This document shows, one piece after another, positions 20,980-29,325 of a DNA stretch of 64,000 nt. Under the pieces are notes generated by a model. That model made no database searches, was not told the DNA's origin, and saw only the letters and a program-made list of their open reading frames with translations. This stretch comes from a bacterium (GTDB lineage: Bacteria > Zhuqueibacterota > Zhuqueibacteria > Residuimicrobiales > Krinioviventaceae): NCBI GenBank assembly GCA_963693055.1, contig OY843751.1:6272001-6336000 (forward strand), given 5' to 3'. Position 1 is the stretch's first letter; every line of letters starts with the position of its first letter. Both the position numbers and the translations under genes were made by a program.

Positions 20980-23900
20980 CTAAAACAGGTCCATTTGATT
21001 GCTTTTGTTGCCCTTTTTTCTTTCATGTTTACCATGTTCAAGCAGACTGTTTGAAATTGATGCCAGAAAACGTGAGGGTGTCTGCTCTTGTGTATGTCCA
21101 AATATAAGGCGTTTTTTGCAATGGGACAAGTATAACTGTTGTTTTGCGCGAGTCATTCCCACATATAGCAATCTTCTTTCTTCATCCAGGTTGGGTTTTT
21201 GTCCTGGAACGCGATGTGGAATTATATTTTCTTCGCAGCCCGGAATAAAGACCACCGGGAATTCCAGGCCTTTTGAAGCGTGCAGTGTCAAAATTTTAAC
21301 CTTGTCTGCTCTGTCATCAAAAGTATCGACTCTGGTTTGAAGCATTAATGCGTCTAAAAAAGCTTCGTGGTTATCTGCAAAGGATTCTGATAAATTTAAG
21401 AGTTTGAGTTTAAGGTCTTTCTCTAATTCAGTATTATTTTGCTCTATCCACTCCCATAACCATCGTATCGTTTCTGTTACAGGCTGGTCAGGTTCTTTTT
21501 CTTCCAACTCGTTCAGGAATGCCTGGTAAAATTCGTTATTTTCGGTATCTGCGGGTATGTCTTGTGTATTTTTCGGAAATTCGCAAAAGGGCAGCAAGAG
21601 ATATTGTTCCTGAATATCAGAAAGGGGATTGCCGATCATCTGGTTAAGGGCAGATGTAAGAAAGAGAAATACGGGCTCTGCAGTGACGGGTGATTCGTCA
21701 AAGCTGCTAAAGGGGATGCCTGAACGGTCAAGTGCTTCGATGAGTGTGGGAAGTAATTGACGACTGCGAAGTAGTATTGCCATGTCAGAAAAAACATAGC
21801 CCTCAGGTAGTCCGCGATCATCCACGCGGCTGCTATCCATTGAGAAAAAGCTGGTACCTCCAACAAGCTGTTCAATTCGATGTACAATAAATTCCGCTTC
21901 AGCCTTGTCGGTTGGAGAGGATTGCATGTTCACCTTGACTTCCAGAGCCAGGTTGGACCATAATTTATCTTGTGGGGCTTCTTTGCCCAGATTCAGGATT
22001 TGCCTGGAAGCATTTAATATGTTTTGAGCAGAACGATAGTTTCGTTTCAGCGAGATGGTTACAACATCCGGGAAATCTTTGCAAAACTGTTCAAAAAAGG
22101 TATTGCTGGCGCCTCTAAAGCCATATATTGCCTGGTCCGGGTCTCCAATAACACAAATATCTTGAGCGGTTACTGAGAAAAGCGATAGCAGTTCATACTG
22201 TACCCGGTTTATGTCCTGAAATTCATCTACCGAGATGTATTGAATGTTTTGCAGCCAATCCCGACGCAGATCAGGGTCGTTGCGCAGTAGCCGGACCGGA
22301 AGCAGTACCAGGTCATCATAATCCACTGCATTTAACGATGTCAGCAGATCTTCATAGTTGCGATATTGGCTGATAAAATTTTCAGGCAATTCAACCAATT
22401 GTTCTTCAGGGATGGAATCCAGATCGTAACCCTGTCCTTTAACTATGGAAATATTTCGCAACAAGGCTTTGGTAAGCTTTCCATGGCGATCTGCAAACGT
22501 TTCCTGAAAGTGTTTGTCGTTTTCTGTATCAATAATGCTAAAGGTATTGTCTCTTCCGGCAAAGTATTCTGTTCTTCTCAGTAGGTGCGCTCCAAGCGCA
22601 TGAAATGTTAACACCTGCATGTTTTTTACTATTATGTCTGATAGCAGTTTTGCAAGACGGTCACGCATTTCGTCGGCGGCTTTGTGTGTAAATGTAACGG
22701 CAAGAATTTGCTCGGGTTTTGCTTTGTCTTTCAAGACCAGCGAAGCAATTCGCTCGGTCAGCGTGCGTGTTTTTCCGGTACCGGGCCCTGCTTTAATGAT
22801 TAGCGGGGCACCCCGATGCAATACTGCCTGCTGCTGTTCCTGATTTAATCCGTAATCCGTTTCCAGATTTTCCCGGATAATTGTTTCGGCGGGTTTTTCT
22901 TTTTTTGGGGAAAAGATCGGTTTTTCAGCCGCGGGTCTGGATTCAGTGACGCTTTCGGTCTGGAAAAGCATGCCCTGCTGCAGAATATCCTGTCGATCTG
23001 TACCCTGAAACACCCGGATAATTCCGTATTCACCATCGTATCCGGGTTGGGGATGCACTTTTGCTTCACGCATTCTGCTGATACCTTCAGCCAGCAGAGA
23101 GCCACCTGATTTTTCAATGTCCGCAAGAGGCAGGTCCATTAATATGCGTAGTTCAGAGCCAAGTTCGTTTAAAAGCTGAAAATAACGAGTTTGTACGGTT
23201 TTGCTGTTGGGTCCCACGCCTTTTTCTTCGCTGATCAGTTCCGGTAAAGGAACCAGACTCATAAAAGGTTTAGCGTCAGCAGGTTTTTCTCCTTCCGGGC
23301 GGTCTGCCAGTTCTTCAACGCGATAGCTGACACCCAGGGTGGCGGGTTTTCCGCAAACCGGGCAAAGGCCGTTGTTCTTGATGGTATCCGCGGGATAGGT
23401 CATGCTGTTACATTTGCGGTGACCGTCCATGTGGTATTTGCCTTCTTCGGGAAAGAATTCCAGTGTGCCCCAAAAGCCATCCGAATTTTTGTCCTTTAAA
23501 GCAGAAATCATGGCCGGGTATGAAAGCTCGGTATCGAAAATATTTGCTTCGCGCGCCAGCTTGGCAGGCGAGTGGGCATCTGAATTGGAGACCAGATTGT
23601 ATTTGTCCAGCATGGACAGGCGCCAGTTCATAGGCGGATCTGACGATAAACCGGTTTCCATGGCAAAAATGTGTGGAGTCAGGTCGCCAAAGCATTCTTC
23701 CACAGTGTCGAAACCGGATTTTGAGCCCAGCATGGAGAACCAGGGAGTCCAAATATGTGCGGGGATCAGCACGCCCTGGTCATCGGTCTCAAGTACTATT
23801 TCAAGCAGGTCTCTGGAATCCAATCCCAGTATTGGGCGGCCGTCAGAACGGATATTGCCAATTTTATCGAGGGTGTTTTGAAATTTTGCTACAGCGTCTA

Positions 23901-24246
23901 GCGTAGGAAACATGACCACATTATGTACCTTGCGGACCTGATCATGCCTTTTATAAATATTGCTGATTTCACCCGTGAGTATAAAATAGATATCGTCATT
24001 GCAGGCGCCAGGAACTTCCGATTGTGTTGTTTTGGCAAATTCCGGCTTTAGACGGAACAATCCATCGGTTGCGGGTTCAAGTTTTTGCCGCATTTCTTCA
24101 AGCCATTGTGGATGCGAAATATCTCCGGTTGCCACCACTTTGAGCCCCTTGATTTGTGCCCATTTGTTTAAATGCTCAAGGTTCAGGTTCTTGCTGGTGG
24201 CCCTGGAATAATATGAGTGAATGTGTATGTCGGCAATATAGTGCAT
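20980..24246 (-). CDS. Fusion of an endonuclease Q-like PHP/Zn-finger domain and a UvrD/PcrA-like SF1 helicase
   Basis: N-terminal DIHIHS, PAHIWTPWFS, ETGLSSD, NSDAHS, GKYHMDGHRKC..CPVCG, PGYDGEYG. C-terminal AGPGTGKT, DEFQD, GDPDQAIYGFRGA, TLHASKGLEF, EERRLLYVGMTRA. Confidence 0.9.
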   Translation of the reverse strand: MHYIADIHIHSYYSRATSKNLNLEHLNKWAQIKGLKVVATGDISHPQWLEEMRQKLEPATDGLFRLKPEFAKTTQSEVPGACNDDIYFILTGEISNIYKRHDQVRKVHNVVMFPTLDAVAKFQNTLDKIGNIRSDGRPILGLDSRDLLEIVLETDDQGVLIPAHIWTPWFSMLGSKSGFDTVEECFGDLTPHIFAMETGLSSDPPMNWRLSMLDKYNLVSNSDAHSPAKLAREANIFDTELSYPAMISALKDKNSDGFWGTLEFFPEEGKYHMDGHRKCNSMTYPADTIKNNGLCPVCGKPATLGVSYRVEELADRPEGEKPADAKPFMSLVPLPELISEEKGVGPNSKTVQTRYFQLLNELGSELRILMDLPLADIEKSGGSLLAEGISRMREAKVHPQPGYDGEYGIIRVFQGTDRQDILQQGMLFQTESVTESRPAAEKPIFSPKKEKPAETIIRENLETDYGLNQEQQQAVLHRGAPLIIKAGPGTGKTRTLTERIASLVLKDKAKPEQILAVTFTHKAADEMRDRLAKLLSDIIVKNMQVLTFHALGAHLLRRTEYFAGRDNTFSIIDTENDKHFQETFADRHGKLTKALLRNISIVKGQGYDLDSIPEEQLVELPENFISQYRNYEDLLTSLNAVDYDDLVLLPVRLLRNDPDLRRDWLQNIQYISVDEFQDINRVQYELLSLFSVTAQDICVIGDPDQAIYGFRGASNTFFEQFCKDFPDVVTISLKRNYRSAQNILNASRQILNLGKEAPQDKLWSNLALEVKVNMQSSPTDKAEAEFIVHRIEQLVGGTSFFSMDSSRVDDRGLPEGYVFSDMAILLRSRQLLPTLIEALDRSGIPFSSFDESPVTAEPVFLFLTSALNQMIGNPLSDIQEQYLLLPFCEFPKNTQDIPADTENNEFYQAFLNELEEKEPDQPVTETIRWLWEWIEQNNTELEKDLKLKLLNLSESFADNHEAFLDALMLQTRVDTFDDRADKVKILTLHASKGLEFPVVFIPGCEENIIPHRVPGQKPNLDEERRLLYVGMTRAKQQLYLSHCKKRLIFGHTQEQTPSRFLASISNSLLEHGKHERKKGNKSNQMDLF

Positions 24247-24353
24247 AAGTTTTGACCCGTCTGTTTTTTAAAACAGGGTTGAAATATAACAAATCCCTGT
24301 AACAATGCAAAGGTTAATATCAATCCGAAAAACAAACTATTAAAAAAAATAGC

Positions 24354-24382
24354 TTGAATGTACTGCTGAATAACGATATATT
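24354..24382 (+). promoter_or_regulatory. Candidate sigma70 promoter reading antisense through fxsA toward the 24787 operon
   Basis: TTGAAT-N17-TATATT. Confidence 0.4.
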
Positions 24383-24385
24383 TGT

Positions 24386-24784
24386 TTATTCCATAGGATT
24401 GTCATAGTGAATGGGTTGAATGCGGATTCTGCTTGAAAAATGTTTTTTAACCTGTTTTAAAACCCATTTTCGTGACGGTGGAAAAAGCAGCAGCAAACCT
24501 GCAGTGTCGGTAATCAGGCCGGGAGTAAGCAATACAATACCCCCGATCAAGAGCAGCAGGCCTTCAATCAGGGAATCTGACGGCATTCGTCCTTGTTGTA
24601 ATTCTAACTGAATACTTTGCCATAACATAAATCCCTGAGACTTGGCAAGCCAGGCTCCGGCAAGACCGGTAATGATCACCAGTGCAATAGTGTCTAACAC
24701 GCCAAGATGTTTGCTGATTTCTAAAAGAAGCCAAATCTCTAAAAGGGGTATGGTGGTAAATAAAATTAAAAAACGAAAAAACAT
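24386..24784 (-). CDS. fxsA: FxsA family membrane protein
   Basis: PLLEIWLL, LAKSQG, LLLTPGLITDTAG-type motif; GGAG RBS. Confidence 0.9.
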   Translation of the reverse strand: MFFRFLILFTTIPLLEIWLLLEISKHLGVLDTIALVIITGLAGAWLAKSQGFMLWQSIQLELQQGRMPSDSLIEGLLLLIGGIVLLTPGLITDTAGLLLLFPPSRKWVLKQVKKHFSSRIRIQPIHYDNPME

Positions 24785-24786
24785 AT

Positions 24787-25425
24787 TTGCTCCAGTTGAA
24801 AATAATAACTAAAAATAATCAAAACCTTGCACTTGTTCAAGTGTTATGTTGCATTGTTGTTTTTATAACAAGTGCGTGCGAGTCTCCGTTTTCTACAAGA
24901 GAGCCGGAAGATCCTGTTACTGAGCAATCATCATGGATTCAACCAACTTCAGCCAGTTACGTGGTGGCCAATTTGCGCAATGCGATCTCGGAAAAGAATA
25001 TTTCTAATTATGTCAGGTGTCTTGCTGATACCAGCAATTCTACCAAAAGGTTTTCATTTTTTGCAGATCCCTCGGTAATTGTCAATAATCCCGGTTTGTT
25101 TGAACGATGGGGAAAAGAAAATGAGCTGAATTACCTGAATCAGCTCATGCTTTATTTGCCGCAAGATTCTACAAGCAGCTTAAAATTCACATCCTCGCGG
25201 GAAGATACATATCAGGATTCGGTTATTTTGCTGCAGGAATACGAGTTGGTGCTTAATTATACTTGTGAAGAAGATGAATGTCCCCGTACTTTTAAGGGGC
25301 AGGCAGAATTCAGGTTGGTTAGAACAGTTGAAGATTTGTGGTATATTTATCGCTGGAGTGATACGGCTACAGGTGATGCGTCGGCAACTACCTGGAGTGA
25401 ACTAAAAGCCAGATTTGGAAAGTAA
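24787..25425 (+). CDS. Hypothetical lipoprotein (paralogue of 49717-50232)
   Basis: Hydrophobic stretch ending TSAC, then ESPF; start codon uncertain. Confidence 0.65.
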   Translation: MLQLKIITKNNQNLALVQVLCCIVVFITSACESPFSTREPEDPVTEQSSWIQPTSASYVVANLRNAISEKNISNYVRCLADTSNSTKRFSFFADPSVIVNNPGLFERWGKENELNYLNQLMLYLPQDSTSSLKFTSSREDTYQDSVILLQEYELVLNYTCEEDECPRTFKGQAEFRLVRTVEDLWYIYRWSDTATGDASATTWSELKARFGK

Positions 25426-25426
25426 T

Positions 25427-26551
25427 ATGAGAAGACAATCTTTTCATGGGAATTCGCCCAAAAAGAAAAAGTTAAAATTTGATTTCAAGATGGACTCAAG
25501 AACCATCTGGATTATTGCGCTCTCTGTTTCTGCAATTTTTTTAACCGCCGCAAGGTTTTGGGTGCTTCCTGCAACAATGAATCCGGATGAGCCAAAAGTA
25601 AAACAGCTCAGTGACGGGGACAAGATCATTGTATTGCAACACATAAAAGATGTATTTGAAGAGTACCATATACAGGATGATTGGCAGATCCAACGTGGCA
25701 GTTATGTAGAAGTGCAAATACCGCGCAAAATGGATTTTCTTAAATTGTATTCATCTGTTGATAAACGAATGGAAGCCCTTGCCAATACATCTATCAGTTG
25801 CAAAGAGACCGATGACAACCAGTATTTAATGAAAATCAATATTGATGAACAGCCGGCTTGCAGCTATCTGTTTAAACGAAAGCTGCCGTTGGGATATGTA
25901 GCCATTGTTATTGATGATTTTGGATATGATTATAACAATCTTGCCGGCGAGTTTTTACGTTTCCGTTATCCTTTGACGGTTTCTATCATTCCGGGGCTGG
26001 CAGATTCCCGAACCGTTGGGAGAGAGGCTTCTTTGCTGGGCAAAGAAGTATTGGTGCACATGCCTATGGAACCATTAAATGCCGCATATGATGATAACGG
26101 TTACATGTTGTATGCAAATCAGGAAAACAGCATTGTCAGAATGCGCATTAAACAGGCTTTTTCTCAACTTCCCGAAGCAGTTGGTATGAATAATCATCAA
26201 GGCTCAAAAGCAACAATGCAGCCACAATTGATGAGTACGGTTATGAGTGAATTGAAATCCATGGATAAAATTTTTCTAGACAGCTTTACAAGCCCCAAAA
26301 CTGTGGGTTATAAAACCGCAAGACGTATGGGTGTTAAAACGGCTGTCAACAAGTTGTTTATTGATGCCAAATACGATGAACAGTTTATGAATAGTCAGTT
26401 TGAACGTATAGCAGAGTTGGCCAGCAAAGGTGAAAATGTAGTTGCTATTGGTCATGTGCGTAAAAAAACGCTGGATGCTTTAAGAAGAAAAATACCCGAA
26501 CTTGATGAGAGAGGTGTAGAGTTTGTTCCAATTTCTCATCTTGTCAATTAA
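25427..26551 (+). CDS. Divergent polysaccharide deacetylase family protein (YibQ-like)
   Basis: AIVIDDFG, VHMPMEP, GMNNHQGS, FLDSFT, FID, AIGH; N-terminal TM anchor. Confidence 0.9.
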   Translation: MRRQSFHGNSPKKKKLKFDFKMDSRTIWIIALSVSAIFLTAARFWVLPATMNPDEPKVKQLSDGDKIIVLQHIKDVFEEYHIQDDWQIQRGSYVEVQIPRKMDFLKLYSSVDKRMEALANTSISCKETDDNQYLMKINIDEQPACSYLFKRKLPLGYVAIVIDDFGYDYNNLAGEFLRFRYPLTVSIIPGLADSRTVGREASLLGKEVLVHMPMEPLNAAYDDNGYMLYANQENSIVRMRIKQAFSQLPEAVGMNNHQGSKATMQPQLMSTVMSELKSMDKIFLDSFTSPKTVGYKTARRMGVKTAVNKLFIDAKYDEQFMNSQFERIAELASKGENVVAIGHVRKKTLDALRRKIPELDERGVEFVPISHLVN

Positions 26552-26572
26552 ATTGAAAAGAAAGGGCCCCGA

Positions 26573-27283
26573 ATGGCTAGAATGTGTTTTTGTCTGAACC
26601 AAATTGCCTATATTCGAAATTTGAACAAAAGTAAATCTCCCGATCCTGTTGCTGCTGCTGTGGCTGCAGAGATGGCAGGCGTTGACGGAATTACCGTTCA
26701 GGTAAAGGATGATCTTTTGGATATAACAGAGCGGGATGTAATTGTATTAAAACAGGTTGTTCAATCCCATTTTAATGTTGCCGTTACCCTGAACGATGAG
26801 ATGATCAAAAAGACCTTGAAATGGTTGCCCGATATGGTAACGTTGCTTCCGGCTACCGGTGAACAAACACCCGAACAATCGCTCGATCTGGTGACAAATC
26901 TTGAATATATTGAAGATGTTACAGCGGCGTATAGGGCCAATAATGTTGTTGTTAGCGCGCTGGTTAAGCCGGATGTGCAGCAAATACGGGCCGCTGCCCG
27001 GGCAAGAATGGATTATGTACAGATCAATACAGCTGCACTGGCACGTATAGAAGATTTGGGTACCATGCACGATCATGTTGAACAGATCAAATCTGTTGCC
27101 ATGGCTGCAAACAAATTGGGACTCGGTGTTTCTGTTGGCAGGGGTTTGAACGAGCAAAACCTGCGCGAGTTGGGAAACGTTCCCTATATTGAAGAGTTTA
27201 ATGTGGGCAGGGCGATTGTGTCAAAGTCCATTATGCTGGGTCTTGAAAAAACATTGCGCCAATTCAAGTTGTCTGTGGTCTAG
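26573..27283 (+). CDS. PdxJ (pyridoxine 5'-phosphate synthase)-fold protein with degenerate active site
   Basis: Full-length colinear similarity to PdxJ (PDPV, AE.AG.DGITV, ITERDV, LGL.V..G.GL, E.N.G.AI), but catalytic residues are substituted. Confidence 0.85.
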   Translation: MARMCFCLNQIAYIRNLNKSKSPDPVAAAVAAEMAGVDGITVQVKDDLLDITERDVIVLKQVVQSHFNVAVTLNDEMIKKTLKWLPDMVTLLPATGEQTPEQSLDLVTNLEYIEDVTAAYRANNVVVSALVKPDVQQIRAAARARMDYVQINTAALARIEDLGTMHDHVEQIKSVAMAANKLGLGVSVGRGLNEQNLRELGNVPYIEEFNVGRAIVSKSIMLGLEKTLRQFKLSVV

Positions 27284-27288
27284 TGTTT

Positions 27289-27936
27289 ATGAAATACAAG
27301 GCACTTTTGTTTGATTTTGACGGAGTTGTTGCCAATACGTTTGAGCACCATTTAGATGCCTGGAAACAGATCCTTTCTTTTGAGCCGGATGGATTGACAA
27401 TCCGTATGAATGAAGGGCGGCCCGGGTGGCAGATTGCCTGCGCATTGTTTGAACAAGCGGGGCAAACCATATCGGAGGAGATGGGCCGTCACTGGATCAC
27501 AGAGAAAAACAAGATTTTCTCAGCCAGGGGAAATATCAAAGTTTATCCCGAGATTCCGAAAATCCTGGACGCAGCCAAAGAGGCTGGAATGCAAGCGGGA
27601 CTGGTTACAGGAACACATCTTGGTAACGTAAAGGCTATTCTGAGCGAATCGCTTTTGAATCAGTTTTCTGTGATCATAACAGACAAGGATACCGAGCGCG
27701 GTAAACCCTATCCGGACCAGTACCTGGAAGCTGTTAAAAGATTAGATCTAACCCCCAACGAATGTATTGTTGTGGAAAATGCACCCCTGGGCATTGATGC
27801 TGCCAAAGCCGCGGAAACAGAGTGTTACGCCCTTGAAACCACACTTTCCGGGGAACTATTAACAAAAGCTGACGTTATATTCAGGAACCATGCATTGTTG
27901 TATGATCATATAATCAGGCTGACCACACGGGGATGA
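27289..27936 (+). CDS. HAD-family phosphatase (beta-PGM-like)
   Basis: FDFDGV, VTG, GKPYPD, VVENAPLGI. Confidence 0.88.
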   Translation: MKYKALLFDFDGVVANTFEHHLDAWKQILSFEPDGLTIRMNEGRPGWQIACALFEQAGQTISEEMGRHWITEKNKIFSARGNIKVYPEIPKILDAAKEAGMQAGLVTGTHLGNVKAILSESLLNQFSVIITDKDTERGKPYPDQYLEAVKRLDLTPNECIVVENAPLGIDAAKAAETECYALETTLSGELLTKADVIFRNHALLYDHIIRLTTRG

Positions 27937-27964
27937 CCGAACTCACAATATAAATAAAAAGTGC

Positions 27965-27993
27965 TTGATTATTGAGGCCAATATGCGTATTTT
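27965..27993 (+). promoter_or_regulatory. Candidate sigma70 promoter upstream of the structured leader/ncRNA
   Basis: TTGATT-N17-TATTTT. Confidence 0.35.
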
Positions 27994-28000
27994 TTCTAAT

Positions 28001-28163
28001 TATATAGAAAAAGGAGATTGCCAGAGAAATTTTTGTTACTGTTGTTTTATTGATAAATAGGTGAAAATTTATTTAACTCATTAAATTGTGCAGTGACAAA
28101 TCGTCTGGCAACATGAACTCATATAAACCGAGCCCCCATGTTTTGTCAGGCCCGGTTTTTTTT
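28001..28163 (+). ncRNA. Candidate structured non-coding or leader RNA ending in a terminator-like hairpin
   Basis: Long imperfect hairpin at 28018-28111 (TTGCCAGA/TCTGGCAA; TTTGTTACTG/CAGTGACAAA; ATAAAT/ATTTAT), then AAACCG.GCC...GGC.CGGTTT plus a T run. Confidence 0.4.
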
Positions 28164-28178
28164 ATGCGGGAAAATAAT

Positions 28179-29321
28179 ATGAAACGCTTTATTTATGTAC
28201 TCCTTGTTTTAGCTTTGATTGCCGCTGGATGTTCGGAGCGGGATCTGCCGGTACCGAATGACAGCAGCGATAATCCGGTGGTTGAAAAGTTCAGTGTGCC
28301 TGAAATTGTTAATCCCAGCTCAAGTTACCCGGTAATGGTCAAAGTGGAACCCTCTGATCTCGTTCAATCCGTAGGTTTAGAAATTGCATTACAAGGCAGC
28401 AGTTCTCCCATCAAGAGTCTGGATTTATATGATGATGGCGGAGCTGTTGACAGCAATGATGGTGATGTGGTTGCGTTTGACGGTATATTCAGCCAGGTGT
28501 TGAACTGGGACCAGACAGAGGCTTCTGATTTGATCTTTACCTTTACTGCCAAGAGTTCCGAAGGGCAGCTTTTAAGTGACGCTGCTTTTTCAGTAAAATC
28601 AACGGCAAACTCTAAACCCGTTATTTTAAATGTTTTGATTCCTGACAGTCTAAAATCAGGCGAGTCGGGCCAACAATTTATTGTTACCGTCAGTGATTCT
28701 AATGGTACAGAAGACATAAAATCGGTTGTGTTTGCCGGAATGCAAAACAATGCCGAATTGTTTAACGGCGAGTTACAGTCCACAGGTACCCCCGGTGAAT
28801 ATGTCATTACCATTGACAGCTCCTTTGCCGCAGGGAAAAAAGGAACTTATGAGATGGTTTTTACCGCAATGGACCAGTCTAATGTGAACAGTGAATCGGC
28901 AAGTCGGACATTATATATTGAAAATACTTATCCTGAGCTGGGTGAGATCTCTGCCCCACGGCAGATTGAACGGCCGCCAGTAGATTATATCGTCAATTTC
29001 CTGATTGAAGTACCGATAACAGATGCTCAGGGCCTGGGAGATGTTAAAGAGGTTCGTGTATCCTGGCAAAAGCCGGATGCTTCGTATCCTGGTGGCAGCC
29101 CCTATCAACTGTTTGATAACGGCTTGGAATATAATTTTGATAATTGGGACCAGGGGTACCGCGGTGATTTGATTGAAAATGATGGTGTTTATTCTATTAC
29201 CGGTGTGTTTGATCCGGATGATTTGTTGGGTAACTATATATTGATTTTCTGGGCAGAAGACCTGGCCGGTAACAGAAGTAGTGACAAAGCATTTATTATC
29301 AACCTTAAAGACACGGAATAA
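28179..29321 (+). CDS. Lipoprotein with two choice-of-anchor-X-like (LYDDG...GD...DG.Y/FS) Ig-like domains
   Basis: Start MKRFIY at 28179; lipobox IAAGC; motifs LYDDGG..DGDVVAFDGIFS and LFDNG..GDLIENDGVYS. Confidence 0.75.
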   Translation: MKRFIYVLLVLALIAAGCSERDLPVPNDSSDNPVVEKFSVPEIVNPSSSYPVMVKVEPSDLVQSVGLEIALQGSSSPIKSLDLYDDGGAVDSNDGDVVAFDGIFSQVLNWDQTEASDLIFTFTAKSSEGQLLSDAAFSVKSTANSKPVILNVLIPDSLKSGESGQQFIVTVSDSNGTEDIKSVVFAGMQNNAELFNGELQSTGTPGEYVITIDSSFAAGKKGTYEMVFTAMDQSNVNSESASRTLYIENTYPELGEISAPRQIERPPVDYIVNFLIEVPITDAQGLGDVKEVRVSWQKPDASYPGGSPYQLFDNGLEYNFDNWDQGYRGDLIENDGVYSITGVFDPDDLLGNYILIFWAEDLAGNRSSDKAFIINLKDTE

Positions 29322-29325
29322 GGGT

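Noticed and set aside
28086-28178. N-terminal extensions in the ORF track (also 9101, 10857, 29281, 30735, 31693, 57111, 58409)
   Set aside because: Downstream ATGs have RBS-like sequences or begin the signal peptide or family N-terminus; the extensions overlap terminators or upstream genes.
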